IMG/VR virus record: IMGVR_UViG_3300037761_000105
Location: 1 to 48,012 of that record
Strand: one strand, 5' to 3'
DNA length: 48,012 nucleotides
From: a virus
Taxonomy: Duplodnaviria; Caudoviricetes
The position numbers were made by a program, and so were the translations under genes. Under the pieces are notes generated by a model, which was given only the letters and a program-made list of their open reading frames with translations, was not told the origin of the DNA and did no database searches. This document shows, piece after piece, positions 34,349 through 43,027 of this stretch (position 1 is the stretch's first letter; each line of letters starts with the position of its first letter).

Positions 34349-35703
34349 GGCCCTTCGATCACCAGCAGCCAGTCCGGCCCGCCGAGACTGTTGTTGCCGG
34401 TCGGCGAGTAGGTGGCCCCGGTATCCGTGGGTGTCGACGAGCCATCGGCTGGGTCCACCCAGCGGGCCGTGTAGCCGCCGGCCAACTCAGTGTCGTCGAC
34501 GGTGATCGTCGCATCGACCGGGAAATAGATCACTGCCAGCGTTCCAGCGGCATTGATCGCGGCGGTGACATACCCGTCTTGGGAGTCGGCCGCGTTGTAC
34601 TCCCCACCGCTGCCACCCGAACCGGATACGTAGTCGCCCTGCGTGCCCCGGCCCGCGGTGAGCAGCGAGTCATCGGTGTCCGGCACCAGCAGATGCCACC
34701 CCGACAGCGCGGCGAAGGTGTCCCAGATCGTCGGCTGGTCGGTGGTCTGAAAGTTCCCCGTGGCCAGGTTCGACAGCGCCGACGAACCCCACGGCCAGGT
34801 GGACTCGTTGCCGTAGATCGAGCCCCGCGCCCCCGACGAGAGTGCCCACCACAGCAGATCCCGCATCAGCTTGCGGTCGCCGGCGCCCTGGTCGAAATGC
34901 CCGTCGCCCCAGATCACCGGGATCGGCGACGCCTCGCCCCAGCCGTGCTCAATGCCCCGGTAGATTACGTTGTAGGAGTAGGTGAAGTTGAAGTCCGCGT
35001 TGTCGTTGCCGGTGTTCTGCAGGTTGTTGTTCTCGATGTCTCGCCGTGACGTGGACTCCGGGAAGTTCTGCACCCCTACCAGGTGCGTGTCACCCTGCCC
35101 GCTGATGGCGGTGAAAAGTGCCGTGAGCTGAGTGTTGAAGCCGTCGAAGTAGTCCCCGCCGACCATCCACACCAGGTTCGGTCGGTTCGCGTAGCGGGCA
35201 CCGAGTGAAGCCCCCAGGTCGGTGAAGTCGGCGGTGACGAAGCTGGACAGGATGCCGACGTCGAGGTCGTCTGAGTAGGCGATGTTGAGGAACAGCGTGA
35301 TCCCGGCCGCCTCGCACAGATCCAACAGGTAGTCGGTGCGCTCCCAGAACGTGTTGTTGAGCGAGGCCGGGTCGCCACCGGTGAAGGGAGTTACCCCGTC
35401 CCAGGTGTTGCCGCTGTTGTTCGCGCCGCCATTGGTGACGTTGCTGAATGGCTCGGTGTAGAGCACGTTGACACCAAGGTCCACCAGCGCGTCCACCGCG
35501 TTCTCGAGGTCGGATTGCCAAGTCGTCCCGCCGCCCCATCGGCCGGCGTTCATCAGCAGGCCCCACAGCACGTAGCCGCGGATCAGGATCGGGTCGTTGT
35601 ACTGGTCGACGAAGTGCGAGGCCGTGCCGGTGCCGGCGGTGCCGGCGACGAACGGCGACTCGGCCGGCAGCGGCAGCCCGGCTACCGTGACATTGACTGC
35701 CAC
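34345..35703 (-). CDS. DUF4038/GH140-like glycoside hydrolase with C-terminal collagen-binding-like domain
   Basis: HFVDQY..P, W...DY......AGI, RY.NRPNLVW.VGGDY, WWAL.SGA.G..YG, ARW.DP.DG, DWLLV; GGAGG-like RBS. Confidence 0.65.
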   Translation of the reverse strand: MAVNVTVAGLPLPAESPFVAGTAGTGTASHFVDQYNDPILIRGYVLWGLLMNAGRWGGGTTWQSDLENAVDALVDLGVNVLYTEPFSNVTNGGANNSGNTWDGVTPFTGGDPASLNNTFWERTDYLLDLCEAAGITLFLNIAYSDDLDVGILSSFVTADFTDLGASLGARYANRPNLVWMVGGDYFDGFNTQLTALFTAISGQGDTHLVGVQNFPESTSRRDIENNNLQNTGNDNADFNFTYSYNVIYRGIEHGWGEASPIPVIWGDGHFDQGAGDRKLMRDLLWWALSSGARGSIYGNESTWPWGSSALSNLATGNFQTTDQPTIWDTFAALSGWHLLVPDTDDSLLTAGRGTQGDYVSGSGGSGGEYNAADSQDGYVTAAINAAGTLAVIYFPVDATITVDDTELAGGYTARWVDPADGSSTPTDTGATYSPTGNNSLGGPDWLLVIEGP

Positions 35704-35704
35704 A

Positions 35705-36724
35705 TTAACCTGGAGGGTTAGTCGCGTCGAATATCTCGAAGTCGTTGAAGTTCCAGCGGTGATCGACACCGTTGGTGTCCACGACCTCGACGCCGTAGTC
35801 GACCTGCCACGTCGTATCCAGGCCGCCGCCTGCCCGCGGCTCCAGCCAACCCCGCTGCTGCAGGTCGGCGAAGAACAGATGCAGCGGCATCGTCCCGTAA
35901 GTCTGCGTCGTCTTCGACAGGTAGGTGAAGATCCCACCCGTGCCGGTACCCGAGCCGAGACGCCACAACTCGTAGTCCTGGCCGCCGATCGTCACCGTCG
36001 GGGCGACCACGGCGCCGGCCGGGCGCTGGTTGTGGTTCTCCGTCCAGATCATCAACTCGTTGTCGAAGTTGTCGTTGATCCACACGTCGAACGCGACGTT
36101 CCACACCATGCCGTCGACCTTGGTGGTGTTGTGCGCGAACCGCGCCGAATGCACGTTGGACAGCGGCTCGTCGTTGTAGTCCTTGTGCACGTTCGGGTAG
36201 GCCCGCACCGCGCCGGGGCTGATCGTGCTGGGCAGTTGGTTGGCCACTTCGAGCCAGTTGTCGTGGCTGCACACGCTCATCGTGTAGGTACCGGTGGGGC
36301 CGGAGCCCGCGTGGTTGTTCCACATGTTGTTGTGCAGGAAGTAGGGACCGCCGGGTCCGTCGAAGGTGGCGCCGTCCCCGTTGTTGTCGGTCGCCGTGGT
36401 GACGAACGCCGGGTTTGTACAGGTCTGCGTCGGCGACGGTTCTGCGGTCGGCGTCACGGTCGGTGTCGGAGTCGGCGACACCGTCGGGGTGGGCGTTGGG
36501 GTCGCATGGCTGTGCGCCCGATAGTGGTCGACCAGTCGATCCACTTCGGCCTCCAAGCCGGCGACCCGCTGCTTGATGCAGCCCGTCGAGTCCGACGTGC
36601 ACGGCGGGCTGTACCCGTCCGGGTAGTCGGCCGGGTCGGTGGCCGTAGTCTGCGCGACCGCCACCGTGAGGCCGACCATGACCAGCCCGACGACAAGTGC
36701 CGCGATGACGCTACGGCGGCTCAT
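35705..36724 (-). CDS. Secreted GH12 endoglucanase-like protein
   Basis: Signal peptide, PT linker, NNMWN, AYPN, NVAFDVW, NELMIW (nucleophile Glu), YGVE (acid/base Glu). Confidence 0.8.
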   Translation of the reverse strand: MSRRSVIAALVVGLVMVGLTVAVAQTTATDPADYPDGYSPPCTSDSTGCIKQRVAGLEAEVDRLVDHYRAHSHATPTPTPTVSPTPTPTVTPTAEPSPTQTCTNPAFVTTATDNNGDGATFDGPGGPYFLHNNMWNNHAGSGPTGTYTMSVCSHDNWLEVANQLPSTISPGAVRAYPNVHKDYNDEPLSNVHSARFAHNTTKVDGMVWNVAFDVWINDNFDNELMIWTENHNQRPAGAVVAPTVTIGGQDYELWRLGSGTGTGGIFTYLSKTTQTYGTMPLHLFFADLQQRGWLEPRAGGGLDTTWQVDYGVEVVDTNGVDHRWNFNDFEIFDATNPPG

Positions 36725-37173
36725 GGCGTGAAATCGACCGTGAAGATCCCGGACGCCGACCACTGGATGGTGAACGTGCCCGAGCTCGACGACGCCGCCG
36801 ACACGAAGTCGGACAGGAACATCAGCTCGTCAGCCGTGGTGGCGCCGCCCCGGTCGAAGTAGCCGACCGCGGCCATCGCGTTGCTGATGGTCGAGGTGGT
36901 CCACGCCACGTCGGTGGCGTCATACGTGAGCACCCCGGTTGAGATGGTGACCTCGGTGCCGGTGAGGGTCTCCCCGCCGGCGTCGTAGCCGGTGCCGGAC
37001 ACCTCATTGGCTTCGAGGTCGTTCCAGAAGTCGTGGGCATTGAAGTCGGGGGTCGCCGAATCGGTGATCATCGCCACCGACAGGGCCGTCTCCGACTCCA
37101 GGGACAGGCCGAGAGTATCGATGAGTTGCTTTTCTAAAGTTAGGCCAAAGAGACCGCTCGCTGTAATCGCCAT
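36721..37173 (-). CDS. Putative virion structural protein (fibre module)
   Basis: NEVSGTGY.AGG.TL, YDA.DV.W, GTFTIQW...GIF motif common in phage fibre-associated proteins. Confidence 0.6.
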   Translation of the reverse strand: MAITASGLFGLTLEKQLIDTLGLSLESETALSVAMITDSATPDFNAHDFWNDLEANEVSGTGYDAGGETLTGTEVTISTGVLTYDATDVAWTTSTISNAMAAVGYFDRGGATTADELMFLSDFVSAASSSSGTFTIQWSASGIFTVDFTP

Positions 37174-37635
37174 TTAGTCCGCCGCCTTCCGCGTCCGGCG
37201 TCGTCGCGCCGATTGAGTCGATGCAATGCGTCTACATATCCGACAGCCGCGGCCAGATTGACCGCTGGATGTGATGAAGTGATAAGTGTTCTCGTAATCA
37301 TAGAGATGACCATGAGGGCAGTGAGTTTTAGCTAGACGCGCTTCGGCTGACCTTTGCTGGATCAGTCCCCGACGCATGTTCTCGCCATGCGTCACTGGCT
37401 CCAGATGATCTGGGTTCACGCAGGGTGGGTTGCGGCATAGATGGTCAAGCTCCATGCCATCAGGGATGGCGCCGACCATCACCTCATAGACCACTCGGTG
37501 CGCCATTGCCTGGCGACCGTTCCAGTAAACACAGCCATAGCCGAGGCCAGTTCGTGCGGCCGTCCAAATCCAACAGGACTGATTCCCATCGATTTTGCTG
37601 GCGATGCGCTCTGGCAGATCCTGCGTGTAAATCAT
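37174..37635 (-). CDS. HNH homing endonuclease
   Basis: CWIWT, GYG, AHRVVY, LDHLCRN..CVNPDHLEPVT..EN, KTHCPHGH; TAAAAT 6 nt before ATG. Confidence 0.85.
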   Translation of the reverse strand: MIYTQDLPERIASKIDGNQSCWIWTAARTGLGYGCVYWNGRQAMAHRVVYEVMVGAIPDGMELDHLCRNPPCVNPDHLEPVTHGENMRRGLIQQRSAEARLAKTHCPHGHLYDYENTYHFITSSGQSGRGCRICRRIASTQSARRRRTRKAAD

Positions 37636-37644
37636 GCGACTATT

Positions 37645-38109
37645 TTAACTAGTTACCCGCGCGCACGTGATATTCCAACTCACGCTCGACCCAACTGGCA
37701 CATCGCTCGACCATTGAATATTTGCGAACGTTCTAAACGAAGCGGAACTAGCTACCTGGACCGCAAGGGGAATATTGATGCCGCTGACTCCGGCCCAAGC
37801 CGTGCCAGCTACTGCGACCTTTCCATCCGGACATGTCGCATTGGTTCCCGATGGCGTTGTCGAGACCGTCAGTGAGCCGGTCCCCATCTCGGCGTCATAA
37901 ATGGTTCCGCCTGCTGGGCCGCTTAGCCAATCTAATGCCGTGTATCCAGACGGGCAACTCGCAGCCGAGTCGATGACGATGAGGTCGCCATTGGCGTTCT
38001 TGTAGCAGCCGTTGATCGTCCCATCTGACGCAGGGATCGATGCATATGCAATGCCGAACCCAATAGTGACGATTAGTGCGGCCAGGATCACGCTGAGAAA
38101 CTTGCGCAT
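37645..38109 (-). CDS. Secreted/membrane-anchored hypothetical protein
   Basis: Signal peptide AYA|SIP, G.I.GCY...G.L..ID, CP.G motifs; visibly lower GC. Confidence 0.65.
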   Translation of the reverse strand: MRKFLSVILAALIVTIGFGIAYASIPASDGTINGCYKNANGDLIVIDSAASCPSGYTALDWLSGPAGGTIYDAEMGTGSLTVSTTPSGTNATCPDGKVAVAGTAWAGVSGINIPLAVQVASSASFRTFANIQWSSDVPVGSSVSWNITCARVTS

Positions 38110-38113
38110 CGTC

Positions 38114-38323
38114 TCAGGACTCCTTCACTGTTGCCTTGGTGGTAATGGTCGGCGGCGACGCAGCGATCTCGCCGCCGCGGCCTTCCCGAACCTGGCGCCG
38201 CTTGTCCCGCAACGCCAGCTTCATCTCCTCGGTGGCCTCTCCGGCCTCCTTGGCCTTGACGAACTCGTCCTCGAGGTCCAGCAACTCGAGCTCAGCCCGC
38301 AACTGTTCCCGGCTTGGCATCAT
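38114..38323 (-). CDS. Small hypothetical protein
   Basis: AGGAG RBS, overlap. Confidence 0.6.
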   Translation of the reverse strand: MMPSREQLRAELELLDLEDEFVKAKEAGEATEEMKLALRDKRRQVREGRGGEIAASPPTITTKATVKES

Positions 38324-38520
38324 GCGCTCCTTGGTCGGATCTTGATGGTCACGGCCTTCGGGCGCACGATCGCGTCCAACTGGTCGCCGTGTTCAATGTG
38401 GGTCACCGTGCCCGAGTCGTCCACGGTGACCAGCGCGCGCTCACCGTTGGGCAGGGTGACGGTGCGCTTACGGGCACGGTGTCGCAGCAGCGCGGGCGTC
38501 GGGACGATCAGGCCGGTCAC
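38320..38520 (-). CDS. Small hypothetical protein
   Basis: Operon fit. Confidence 0.55.
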   Translation of the reverse strand: MTGLIVPTPALLRHRARKRTVTLPNGERALVTVDDSGTVTHIEHGDQLDAIVRPKAVTIKIRPRSA

Positions 38521-38523
38521 GGC

Positions 38524-38778
38524 TCAGCCCTCGATCTGCTTGGTGCCGTCGTACGTGGGGGTGGCCTTCCAGCCGAGCAGCAGGCCCAGCCACGACCACT
38601 TGGACTCCAGCAGCCGGACCAGCGCGTAGTAGCCGCCGACGAACAGCGCGTCGATCGTCAGGGTGAGCACGGTCGGGTCGACTTCGATGCCACCCTTGGC
38701 GAGCGCGGCCAATATCAGGCCCACGACGGTGGGCACGATGGTTCGGACTAGCGAGACGAACAGATCGCGGACGGTCAT
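38524..38778 (-). CDS. Putative holin
   Basis: [26 protein letters not shown]....P.Y; 2-3 TM segments. Confidence 0.65.
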   Translation of the reverse strand: MTVRDLFVSLVRTIVPTVVGLILAALAKGGIEVDPTVLTLTIDALFVGGYYALVRLLESKWSWLGLLLGWKATPTYDGTKQIEG

Positions 38779-38790
38779 AGTGGTCCCCCT

Positions 38791-38928
38791 TCATCTATGC
38801 CAGGGACGGAAGTCCCAGGCGAAGTGCAGGGCCAGGAATGCCAGCCCCAGCAGGAACAGGTCGACGGCGTCGGCACTGACACCGACGGCGGCGAGGAAGA
38901 TGAGCACAGCGGCGATTACGGCGAACAT
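38791..38928 (-). CDS. 45-aa two-TM membrane protein
   Basis: [16 protein letters not shown]...[15 protein letters not shown]; GAGGAG RBS; TGATG overlap. Confidence 0.6.
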   Translation of the reverse strand: MFAVIAAVLIFLAAVGVSADAVDLFLLGLAFLALHFAWDFRPWHR

Positions 38929-39593
38929 CACGGCTCCTCAGGTGCGGGACAGATCAGATACGTGCCGGCGGCCAAGCCGATCAGCGTGGCCTGCGGGTCG
39001 GTGACGGTCCACTCGATGGGCTCTGCGTCGTCGGGACAGGCTGGGCCGGGTGCGCCGTCGGCCCCTGCAGGACCGGCCGGCCCGGCGGGGCCAGGAGGGC
39101 CGACGATGGACTCCCCGGGCTCACCCTGCGGCCCGGGCGCGCCGGGCTCTCCAGCGGGCCCCTGTGGCCCCTGGACGCTTTCCCCGGCGGGACCCTGCGG
39201 GCCTTCAATGCTGGCGCCCGGCGGCCCGGGCGGACCCTGGATGCCCATCGAACCGGGAAAGCCTCGAGGGCCTGCCGGACCGGGAACGGTGGAGTCCCTG
39301 CCGGGTGGCCCGGGTGGTCCCGGCGGGCCGGGGATCGTCTCGGCTGGACGGTCTTCCACTTCCTCGGCCTGACGGCACAAGTCCCCGAGCTCGATCGCGG
39401 TCAGACCGCGCCGCTCGCAGGCCGCACGGACCTGGGCGGCGATCGAGGCGGCGTTGTCGGCGGCTACCACCGCCGACTGTTGCGAGGTGGACCGGTCATA
39501 CAGGATCCACCCGACCAGCAACAGCAGCAGAACGAGCAGGATGATCGTCAGTCGATGGCTGCGACTGGTGGGCAGCGGGTTACGTCGGATCAT
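38928..39593 (-). CDS. Membrane-anchored collagen-like protein
   Basis: N-terminal TM and interrupted Gly-X-Y repeats, GPACP. Confidence 0.75.
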   Translation of the reverse strand: MIRRNPLPTSRSHRLTIILLVLLLLLVGWILYDRSTSQQSAVVAADNAASIAAQVRAACERRGLTAIELGDLCRQAEEVEDRPAETIPGPPGPPGPPGRDSTVPGPAGPRGFPGSMGIQGPPGPPGASIEGPQGPAGESVQGPQGPAGEPGAPGPQGEPGESIVGPPGPAGPAGPAGADGAPGPACPDDAEPIEWTVTDPQATLIGLAAGTYLICPAPEEP

Positions 39594-39975
39594 TGGTACC
39601 GCCCTCTACAGCATCCCCACCGCCATCGATCATGCGCCGATAGCGGGCGGCGGCGTCTTCGGCGGCCCACCTGGCTTTGCGCTCGGCTTCCACGTCCTCA
39701 CGCAGGTCGATGACCTCGGCGCGCAGGACGCCTATCTGTGAGCGCAGGTCTTGTATCTGCCCGTCGTGGCGAGCCGTGAGCTCCCGGATCTCCGCGGCGT
39801 GTCCGAGCCGTTCTTCTCGCATCTCGTCAGCGTGCTGCTCCCGTAGGCCACGCAACGTCTGCTGGTAGTCGCCGCGGTCACCTGACGCTTGCCGCATCAG
39901 GTGCAGGACGAGGAAGACCAGCAGCCCGAAGAATCCTGCGCCGGGAATGAGGGTGGACCACTCTGGAAGCTCCAC
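39580..39975 (-). CDS. TM plus coiled-coil lysis-associated protein
   Basis: Single N-terminal TM then long heptad region. Confidence 0.65.
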   Translation of the reverse strand: MELPEWSTLIPGAGFFGLLVFLVLHLMRQASGDRGDYQQTLRGLREQHADEMREERLGHAAEIRELTARHDGQIQDLRSQIGVLRAEVIDLREDVEAERKARWAAEDAAARYRRMIDGGGDAVEGGTNDPT

Positions 39976-39993
39976 GCATTTGCTCCCCCCCGC

Positions 39994-40194
39994 TCAGAGT
40001 CGCCCGTCGGTATGCACCGTCTGCTCGGCTTTGCTCTCGGCAGGCGGCCGGGCACCCCCCGGGCACGGCTCCCCTTTTACGCGGTGCCGCTTCACCATGC
40101 CGGTGGTGAACGCCAGCAGACGCTCCCGCCCGCACACCGTGCAGACGCCGCGTTCAGGCGCGGCGTAGGCGGATCTTGAATTGCGCGACGGCAC
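39994..40194 (-). CDS. Small Zn-finger-like protein (start uncertain)
   Basis: CTVCGR...H.....CPG. Confidence 0.4.
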   Translation of the reverse strand: MPSRNSRSAYAAPERGVCTVCGRERLLAFTTGMVKRHRVKGEPCPGGARPPAESKAEQTVHTDGRL

Positions 40195-40250
40195 GGCTCA
40201 CCGCACCAACCACGAAGTAGGCGATCAGGACGGCGACCTCGGCGGCCACC

Positions 40251-41201
40251 TCACGCCGGGGCATCCCCGACACCCTCGCGCAGCACCTCGCGCACACCCT
40301 GCTTCACCGTCGCCAAGTCGATCGAACCCGAGCCGCCATTCGGCAGCTTGCCCACGATCGCCGTGGCGAGAGCGTCGTAGTCGATGGGGACCTGCGCTTG
40401 GCGGATCAGGGTTGTAAGGTTCTCGATCCGAGCAAGCCACCCGAATGCTTCCGGTGTCCACTCGTTCGTGCCGTCGGCGGTAGGGACCTTGTAGTCGTAG
40501 TCCTTGAACGCCCAGACTGCCTCGGCGATCTCGTTGGCAGTAGGCATGTCATCCTCCGGTGGTGGTGCGTCGGCGTAGCGGCGTTCCTCGGTCTTGCCTT
40601 CGCTGGCGTTGTAGTGCAGCCGGTCGATCTTCCGCAGCGGAGCCCACGTCGAATGCTCCATGTGCGTGTCTGACGGAATGTTGAAGTAGTCGTGGATCGC
40701 GGCCCCGGCGCGGCCCATGAACTCGCGCATCATCATCCGCCGCCCGTTGCGCGGGTTGCGTAGCAGCCGGTCCCAGTCGGCTTCCACCACACCGCCCTCG
40801 TACTCAGTGCCCCACACATAGCGGCGGGCCGAATCCTTCGGGATCGTGAACGTGCCCCCGCCGGCGCGCGGCACCGTCCGCGGCCCACCCGCGCCGGGAT
40901 GGTTCGCGTAGGAGAAGCACAGGATGCGGTAGCACAGGTCCCAGCCGCCGTACCCGTTGGCCAGCGGCCCCGGCACCGACGTGCGCCCGGCCTTGACGAG
41001 CCATAGCAGCGGCGTCAGGTTCGACGGGTTGTAATTGGACACGATGTGGTGCGACATGTCCGCCACCACGAACAGCGCGTCCCACGTGTCGTACGGGTTC
41101 GGCCGCCCGGTCTGCAACTCGATCGACACCTCGGGCACGCCATAGTCCAGCATGACCGCCTTGAGCCGCTGCGCCTTCGTTGTGGCGCTGGACTTGCTCA
41201 C
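40251..41201 (-). CDS. Endolysin, N-acetylmuramoyl-L-alanine amidase-like
   Basis: SHH, PGPLAN, ANHPG.G, GTEYE, H..WAP.RKID amidase-2 motifs. Confidence 0.75.
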   Translation of the reverse strand: MSKSSATTKAQRLKAVMLDYGVPEVSIELQTGRPNPYDTWDALFVVADMSHHIVSNYNPSNLTPLLWLVKAGRTSVPGPLANGYGGWDLCYRILCFSYANHPGAGGPRTVPRAGGGTFTIPKDSARRYVWGTEYEGGVVEADWDRLLRNPRNGRRMMMREFMGRAGAAIHDYFNIPSDTHMEHSTWAPLRKIDRLHYNASEGKTEERRYADAPPPEDDMPTANEIAEAVWAFKDYDYKVPTADGTNEWTPEAFGWLARIENLTTLIRQAQVPIDYDALATAIVGKLPNGGSGSIDLATVKQGVREVLREGVGDAPA

Positions 41202-41371
41202 AGCCCGGTGTCCTCGTCGTCGCCGGTGTCGATGATCTCACCGAGCCGCTTACCGGCCTCGAGTTCGGCCTCGGTCGGCTGGGCCAGCACGTCGTCCTCC
41301 GAGTCCACCCACGCCCCGGACTTAGGCGGCTCGTCAGGTTCCAGCACGATGTTCTCTTCCTCGTCAGTCAT
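41198..41371 (-). CDS. Small acidic protein
   Basis: MTDEEENIVLEPDE...; GTGA overlap with the lysin. Confidence 0.55.
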   Translation of the reverse strand: MTDEEENIVLEPDEPPKSGAWVDSEDDVLAQPTEAELEAGKRLGEIIDTGDDEDTGL

Positions 41372-41392
41372 AGCCTCATCCCCTCACGTCGA

Positions 41393-43027
41393 TCACTTCG
41401 GCAACTGCCGCCGGCCGGGTCGGGTCGACGCCCGGGCCAGCAGGTGCTCCACCGTCCGCGGCTGCGAATCCAGATCCAGCACCGCCGCCGCACTGTTCGT
41501 GTCGAACGTCGCACCAACCACCTTGAACACAGACACCCCATCCGGGGCGGTCGCGTTCAACGAGGCCGTCGACGGGGCGACGTCCCGCAGCCGGATCAGT
41601 TTCCCCGGCGCGTGCCTCGGCAGCTCCCATGGCATCAACGACCGGCCCAGACTGTGGCTGTAGATCGGCCGGGCGATCGTCAACTGGCCCTGGTTCTGCG
41701 GCTTCGCGTGCTCGTTCAGGAACGCGGTGCCGATCTGGGTCGCGTTGGCCGACGAGGCCAACTCGTCCTGCAGGTTCAGCCGGGCCTCGCGGGTGAAGTC
41801 CAACTCCGGCACCGTGGACGTGACCCGGGTGCGGCGCAGCTTCCCACCGCCGTCACGCCACACCACCGACACCGCGTTGTACAGGCCCTCACTGGACCCG
41901 GTGGAGGTGTACCCGTCGGCCAGCCCGGCTTCCAGGTCGACCGTGGTCGGCCACTGCGTGTACTCCACGTTGTACTTCCCGGCGGCGTTGCGGTCCCACA
42001 CCTCGAACTTGTAGTCCGGCTCCAGCAGCGCCAGGTCCTCGAGCACCCCGGAGGCGTCGGTGCCGTCCTGCTTCAAGAACTGTTCGATGCCGAACGAGGT
42101 GGTCGCTATGGTGGCGTTCGCCCCGTCGAACTCGGTCAAGATCCGGCCAAGCATGTCGTTGACGATCTGAGTGGCGGTCAGGGTGTCCGAGGTGTAGCCG
42201 GTCGTGATCGTGGTGCCGTCGGCGTTGAGCAGGCGCACCATGACGGTGAAGTTCTGCAGGTTCCCGAACCGGGTCTTAGTGGCCGTCTCGTTCGCCCCGT
42301 CGCGCAGAAACCGCAGGAACGCGGTGTGATCCCCAGCCGGGATGGCGTTAGTGCCGCCGGACGAGCCGACCAGGGTGGCCGTGGTCGTGGACCAGTTCAG
42401 CGCATGGACCGAGGTCGACCCGGCGCCCTGCGTGGTGAGCAGTACATTGTTATACCCGACGTCGGTGACACCATTGGTGACCGCCACCCGCACCCGCCCC
42501 AGCGTGGCGCCGGCCTCGTTGATGGGCCGGTACACCAGCGTCAGGTCGTCGCCGGTGGTGATCGCGACACCCTCTTGGAACACGCCCTGCAGATAGTCTG
42601 CGCCGTTCCCGTCGACCTGGGTGTCCCACCGCGACGACTTGATCGAGGAGGAGAACTGCTGCCACGAGTCGATCCGCTTGTCCACGTACACCAGCGGCAC
42701 GGTGCGGTCCCGCAGATGCGCCGTCCCGCCGACCGCGGCCAGGTCCCATATCTGCCCGTCCGCGCCGACACCCCGGCCGGGGTCCTCCAGGCGGCCGCAC
42801 CACATGCACCCGCCGCCCTGCATGCTGTACACGTCGACGTCGCTGTAGTAGGCCAGTTCGTCCGGCGACATAGACAGCGGGCGGTCCAGGCCGAACGTCG
42901 CGGAAGCGAACCCGCCACCGCCGGGCAGCATCACCGAACGGTAGGACAGCGACCGCAACTCACGCTCGATGTGCTTAACGGCCCGACTGTTGCTGAGTTG
43001 AACGCTCAGCGGGATCGGCAGCGTCAT
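41393..43027 (-). CDS. Minor tail protein (hub/Tal-like)
   Basis: TAATG overlap; PGGGGFAS, W.GRLE, LYNAV.V motifs; second gene after TMP. Confidence 0.7.
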   Translation of the reverse strand: MTLPIPLSVQLSNSRAVKHIERELRSLSYRSVMLPGGGGFASATFGLDRPLSMSPDELAYYSDVDVYSMQGGGCMWCGRLEDPGRGVGADGQIWDLAAVGGTAHLRDRTVPLVYVDKRIDSWQQFSSSIKSSRWDTQVDGNGADYLQGVFQEGVAITTGDDLTLVYRPINEAGATLGRVRVAVTNGVTDVGYNNVLLTTQGAGSTSVHALNWSTTTATLVGSSGGTNAIPAGDHTAFLRFLRDGANETATKTRFGNLQNFTVMVRLLNADGTTITTGYTSDTLTATQIVNDMLGRILTEFDGANATIATTSFGIEQFLKQDGTDASGVLEDLALLEPDYKFEVWDRNAAGKYNVEYTQWPTTVDLEAGLADGYTSTGSSEGLYNAVSVVWRDGGGKLRRTRVTSTVPELDFTREARLNLQDELASSANATQIGTAFLNEHAKPQNQGQLTIARPIYSHSLGRSLMPWELPRHAPGKLIRLRDVAPSTASLNATAPDGVSVFKVVGATFDTNSAAAVLDLDSQPRTVEHLLARASTRPGRRQLPK

